Assembly: GCA_000320545.1 (NCBI GenBank)
Contig: ADNK01001518.1
Location: 1-40,203 of the forward strand
From: Bigelowiella natans CCMP2755
Taxonomy: Eukaryota > Protista > Cercozoa
DNA length: 40,203 bases
Direction of reading: 5' to 3'
Below the pieces are notes generated by a model. It was not told the origin of the DNA. It made no database searches and worked only from the letters and a program-made list of their open reading frames with translations. Every line of letters starts with the position of its first letter. Positions within the stretch are counted from its first letter, which is position 1. The position numbers and the translations under genes are program-made. This document shows, one piece after another, positions 36,667 to 40,203 of the stretch.

Positions 36667-36767
36667 GCTCTCGCTAAGGATTTAAACATGGAATTGGTAT
36701 ACATAACGACTCCCTCCTCCTCATCGTGGTTGTATCTGAGTGGCAAGCACGACGAACGCATCGCAAG

Positions 36768-36816
<49 letters not shown>

Positions 36817-37158
36817 ACGCACGCACGCATGCACACTCGAGCGTGTATTTCTCTGAGACAGATACTTTCGGTTTTGCACACGCAAAGACATCCTGGCGGG
36901 AGGGCTCTCCGGCCGGATAACAGAAGAATCTGTCAGCGACAGAGATAACGGTATTTTGGATATCCTCTGGCTCTTGTTGTTCATAATGTCGAAATGGTCA
37001 CTTTTATATCGATAAAACATCTTGGATATATTTCAAGTCAGGAATATCCATTTGGTCCAAAATATGTGCCAATTATATCCTAAAGCATCGTCATCATCAT
37101 CGTCGTCATGTGAACTAACTTAGCTAGTCTACCAGTAGTAACAGAGAGTAACGTCAGG

Positions 37159-39906
37159 ATGGTGAGTTTTGAGGAATTTGTCGACAGTTTTTTTGAATTA
37201 TTTTGGCGGGAAAGAAAGCGGAAGCCAGACTATCAGTGCAGTGGGGACACGCGGCAGGGCAAGTCATATCGCCGTTACATTTAGTTGGACGACTTGATAT
37301 CGACCATGTCGTAGGAACAATTACACATGGTTGTTGACAGGATTCGCGTGTCAGAAAGTCAAGGGAAAATCTGGTGCAGGAACGCATTGAGGCGCCACTT
37401 GGTACTTGAAGAAGACTAGAGGGGATAAGAGGTGTTTACCGATGTGTTACTTGACGATATGAACGAGGGTTGCTCGCCATTGCCTCTAGATGTATCTGGT
37501 CATTATATTATTATGCCTTCTTAACAGCCTAGGCCAGAATTTGTAGACGAATCGAGCCCTTCTTCTTCTCGTTGGATCCACTACTGCTGCCATTACCACT
37601 ACTCCAACTACAGACGAGAGACGAAACTAGAAGGAGATAGCATGGTATGTCGTTCTTCGTTACATTCTAACGCTCACCCCTACGAAAAAAAAATGATTTA
37701 TATGCGCCCTTTCGCTCTCCTGACCTCCTTTCTTTCTCTCCCTCCTCCTTCACTTTTTCTCAGGCAGAGGATATTCTTACACAGACTTTCGAAAATCTAG
37801 GGGTGCACCTTGCGGGCACTGATGGACTACCAGGGACAGATACTTTCGACAGCGATATAGAGGAGAAGAATCCAGGCAGAGGAAGAGAAGGGTGCGTGCA
37901 GAGTCACTACTACTACTAGTAGTAGTACTACTACTACTACCTAATGCTGCTGCTGCTGCTGTGCTGCTAGCAATACTGTGATTTTATGAATTTATGCACA
38001 TCCTTGGAACAACAGACTCAGAGCTGGCCATAACCGCGAATACAGTGTCGCTTCCCCCCCCGAGCCTGTTCTAAGTCATATCGGCGATCAAGACGAGGAC
38101 GCAAAAAACAAAGAGAGTAGTGATAATGATGATGGCCCGCCACCCCCAATCCCCGCCTCGCCTTCGAAGCTGAAAGCGGAGCTAGAGCGAAAGCAAATGA
38201 AAAGACGGGATCAAAGCTCCCTGCTTCTGAGCATGGAGAGCGCTGCGTATGAATCTGAAGCGAACCCACATCTACAACAGCAGCATCTTTGTCCAAGAGC
38301 ACAGTCAGAGCTCACGAACGTCAACAGCATGACCCCTGCAGCAGATGAGAAAGACGCGGAAGAGGGAGAGGAACGTCATAATCACAACTTCCAGCAGCAT
38401 TCTCCTATTCCCAAAATAATCGACGACAGCAACACCAATATCAACAATGCAAACAACAACCGCAGCATGTATTTGCCTTTGGTCGTGGGGCAGCAGCAGC
38501 CACCATCGTCACCAGCTACCACAGCTGCTGCAACTGGAGCAAGGGACGAGGAGGAAGAAGAAGGTGCTTCGATATTAACGTGTGCATATCATTTCCGCAT
38601 CTCCCGTCACTAATACTACTTGGACAACTGGCTAATAACACAATGTGACGTTCGTTAAGATGCGAGAGGACTACTCAGTGGCGAAGATAAAGAAAAGTGG
38701 CAGCATCTGGACTCAAGGCTCATGCGTATGGTTAACTAGCATAGTTTCATAATCTGAGAGCATGGATATCAACAATGAGAAGAAATCTAATAACGTTAGG
38801 TGAACAGATGTCTATACTATGTTCCTATTGGTTATAGTTCGGCATTTTCATTATCATCATCATCAACAACAACAACAACATCATCATCATACCCTACTAT
38901 TATTCATCACACACCCTCAGGCAATGGTTTTCCATCTGTGCTGGCAAGGGGTGGTGACATGATGAGCTTTAGCCTGAATAATAACGATGCAGAAGCAGCT
39001 GCTACGGGTTCCAATGCAGGCGTGGACGTCAGGCGGGTACTCCACGTGCTGCACGCGTGCAACAAAACAGCGCATGCGTGTGTGTGTTTGCATGTGGTAG
39101 AGTGAATGGGTGCATGTAACAACTTCTGCGCGGCGTGCATACTGACGAATAGCGCGTAGGCGAGAAGAGCTCTAGAAGATGTGCTGGAGGCGTATCTGGA
39201 CCGGGGCCGTGTAATCAGCCGACTCACACATCACGGGCAAGCGTCCCAAGCTGCCTCCCGACGGAAAGATGACCAAAAGTACGTTCACGTGCGCTTTACT
39301 CACGAAGTTGATTGTGCATAACGGGAGAGGATGGGATATGAAGAAGAAGAAGAAGAAGAAGAAGAAGAAGCACCAGCGCCATAAAGGGTTATAAACATGT
39401 TCTCCTCCATGTTATCCTTGTTGCAGACACGAAGAGAGAGAGAGGGAAAGAGAGATGCGTTCCCTCCGTGAAGCTGTCAAGAAGTAAGCAAGAAAACTGC
39501 AGCACTATCCCTTCTTCTCTGCATGTATATAATGAAGCACATGCTACTCCTACATATATGTTACGTTTCGTCGGAGTGTTGTGCTGTGATGGAGGACATC
39601 CAAGATCCTTTCTTCTTCTTCTTCTCCTTACTACTACTACCTTTTTGTGGCCAATTCAGAGCTGAATCGAGAATAACCCAGCTTGAGATGGAAAATCAGA
39701 GTATTGAGAGCAACAACAAGGCCATAAATCAAAAGGTGAGTATAGACCACCCATAAACGCATGTTCCGCCCCTCCCCCCCCCCTTCTCTATCACTTACAC
39801 GCTTTACGCTTTGTACCTACTGATGAACGTCCTTATGCTCACCGAACAATGTGTGACTGGGCAGATCAAGTCCCAAAGCCAGGACAACAAGGGATTGCAG
39901 GGCAAA
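37159..39906 (+). CDS. Multi-exon hypothetical protein with coiled-coil segments; runs off the 3' end of the window, 5' end uncertain
   Basis: AG..GT-bounded plus-strand segments: MVSFEEFVDSFFELFW.. (~37159), EQLHMVVDRIRVSESQGKIW (~37314), AEDILTQTFENLGVHL (~37763), a long exon ~38016-38563 containing the 138-aa ORF, ARRALEDVLEAYLDRGRVISRL (~39160), RAESRITQLEMENQSIESNNKAINQK (39660-39735), IKSQSQDNKGLQGK (~39865-39906). Confidence 0.55.
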
Positions 39907-39979
39907 GTCAGTTACTTGTATACAGTTGATACGATAAGAACTACTATTGCCATGATGATGATGATGCTGGTGATACTGC

Positions 39980-40011
<32 letters not shown>

Positions 40012-40203
40012 ATGATGATAATGGTTGAAGCTAGCAGACAGAAATTAGTGTTGATCTGTCTAGACACATTTCTGGCGCAATTTTATTGGAAGCATTTAAA
40101 TCATCATGTGATGATAAAATAATTACGATGGAGGTAATTTGCAGTAGCTGTCTATCGTTTGACTGACATCTATATGGTGATATGACTATGCGGACAGATA
40201 AGA

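Noticed and set aside
37159-37200. MVSFEEF as an EF-hand
   Set aside because: Only the exit half of the loop is visible and I could not join an upstream DxDxDG exon.
37906-37940. Hairpin from an (ACT)n/(AGT)n junction
   Set aside because: Trivial result of adjacent complementary microsatellites in an intron; no evidence for a structured RNA.

Overview
Eukaryotic nuclear DNA with GT-AG introns and very dense microsatellites, which account for most of the short ORFs in the track. It is probably from a protist with a secondary plastid; a chlorarachniophyte-like host is inferred, not shown. Splicing by eye gives nine gene models: (1) an NHL-repeat protein (+, probably 5'-partial); (2) a long intron-rich gene starting with two RanBP2/NZF zinc fingers (-); (3) a 3-exon bacterial-type long-form dCTP deaminase with a signal+transit-like leader (-); (4) a ferroportin/SLC40 transporter head-to-head with it (+); (5) a hypothetical hydrophilic protein (-); (6) clathrin heavy chain (+, 5 exons, ~1767 aa); (7) an intronless SET-domain protein with a mitochondrial-type presequence (-); (8) an HGSNAT-like acetyltransferase (-); (9) a 3'-partial coiled-coil gene (+). 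The two most notable signals are the apparently horizontally acquired, organelle-targeted dCTP deaminase and a ~680-bp intergenic island where TpA survives only inside CTAG, which may be the footprint of a 'reverse-RIP'-like hypermutation. No rRNA, tRNA, CRISPR array or intact transposon was recognised. All exon boundaries and counts are manual.
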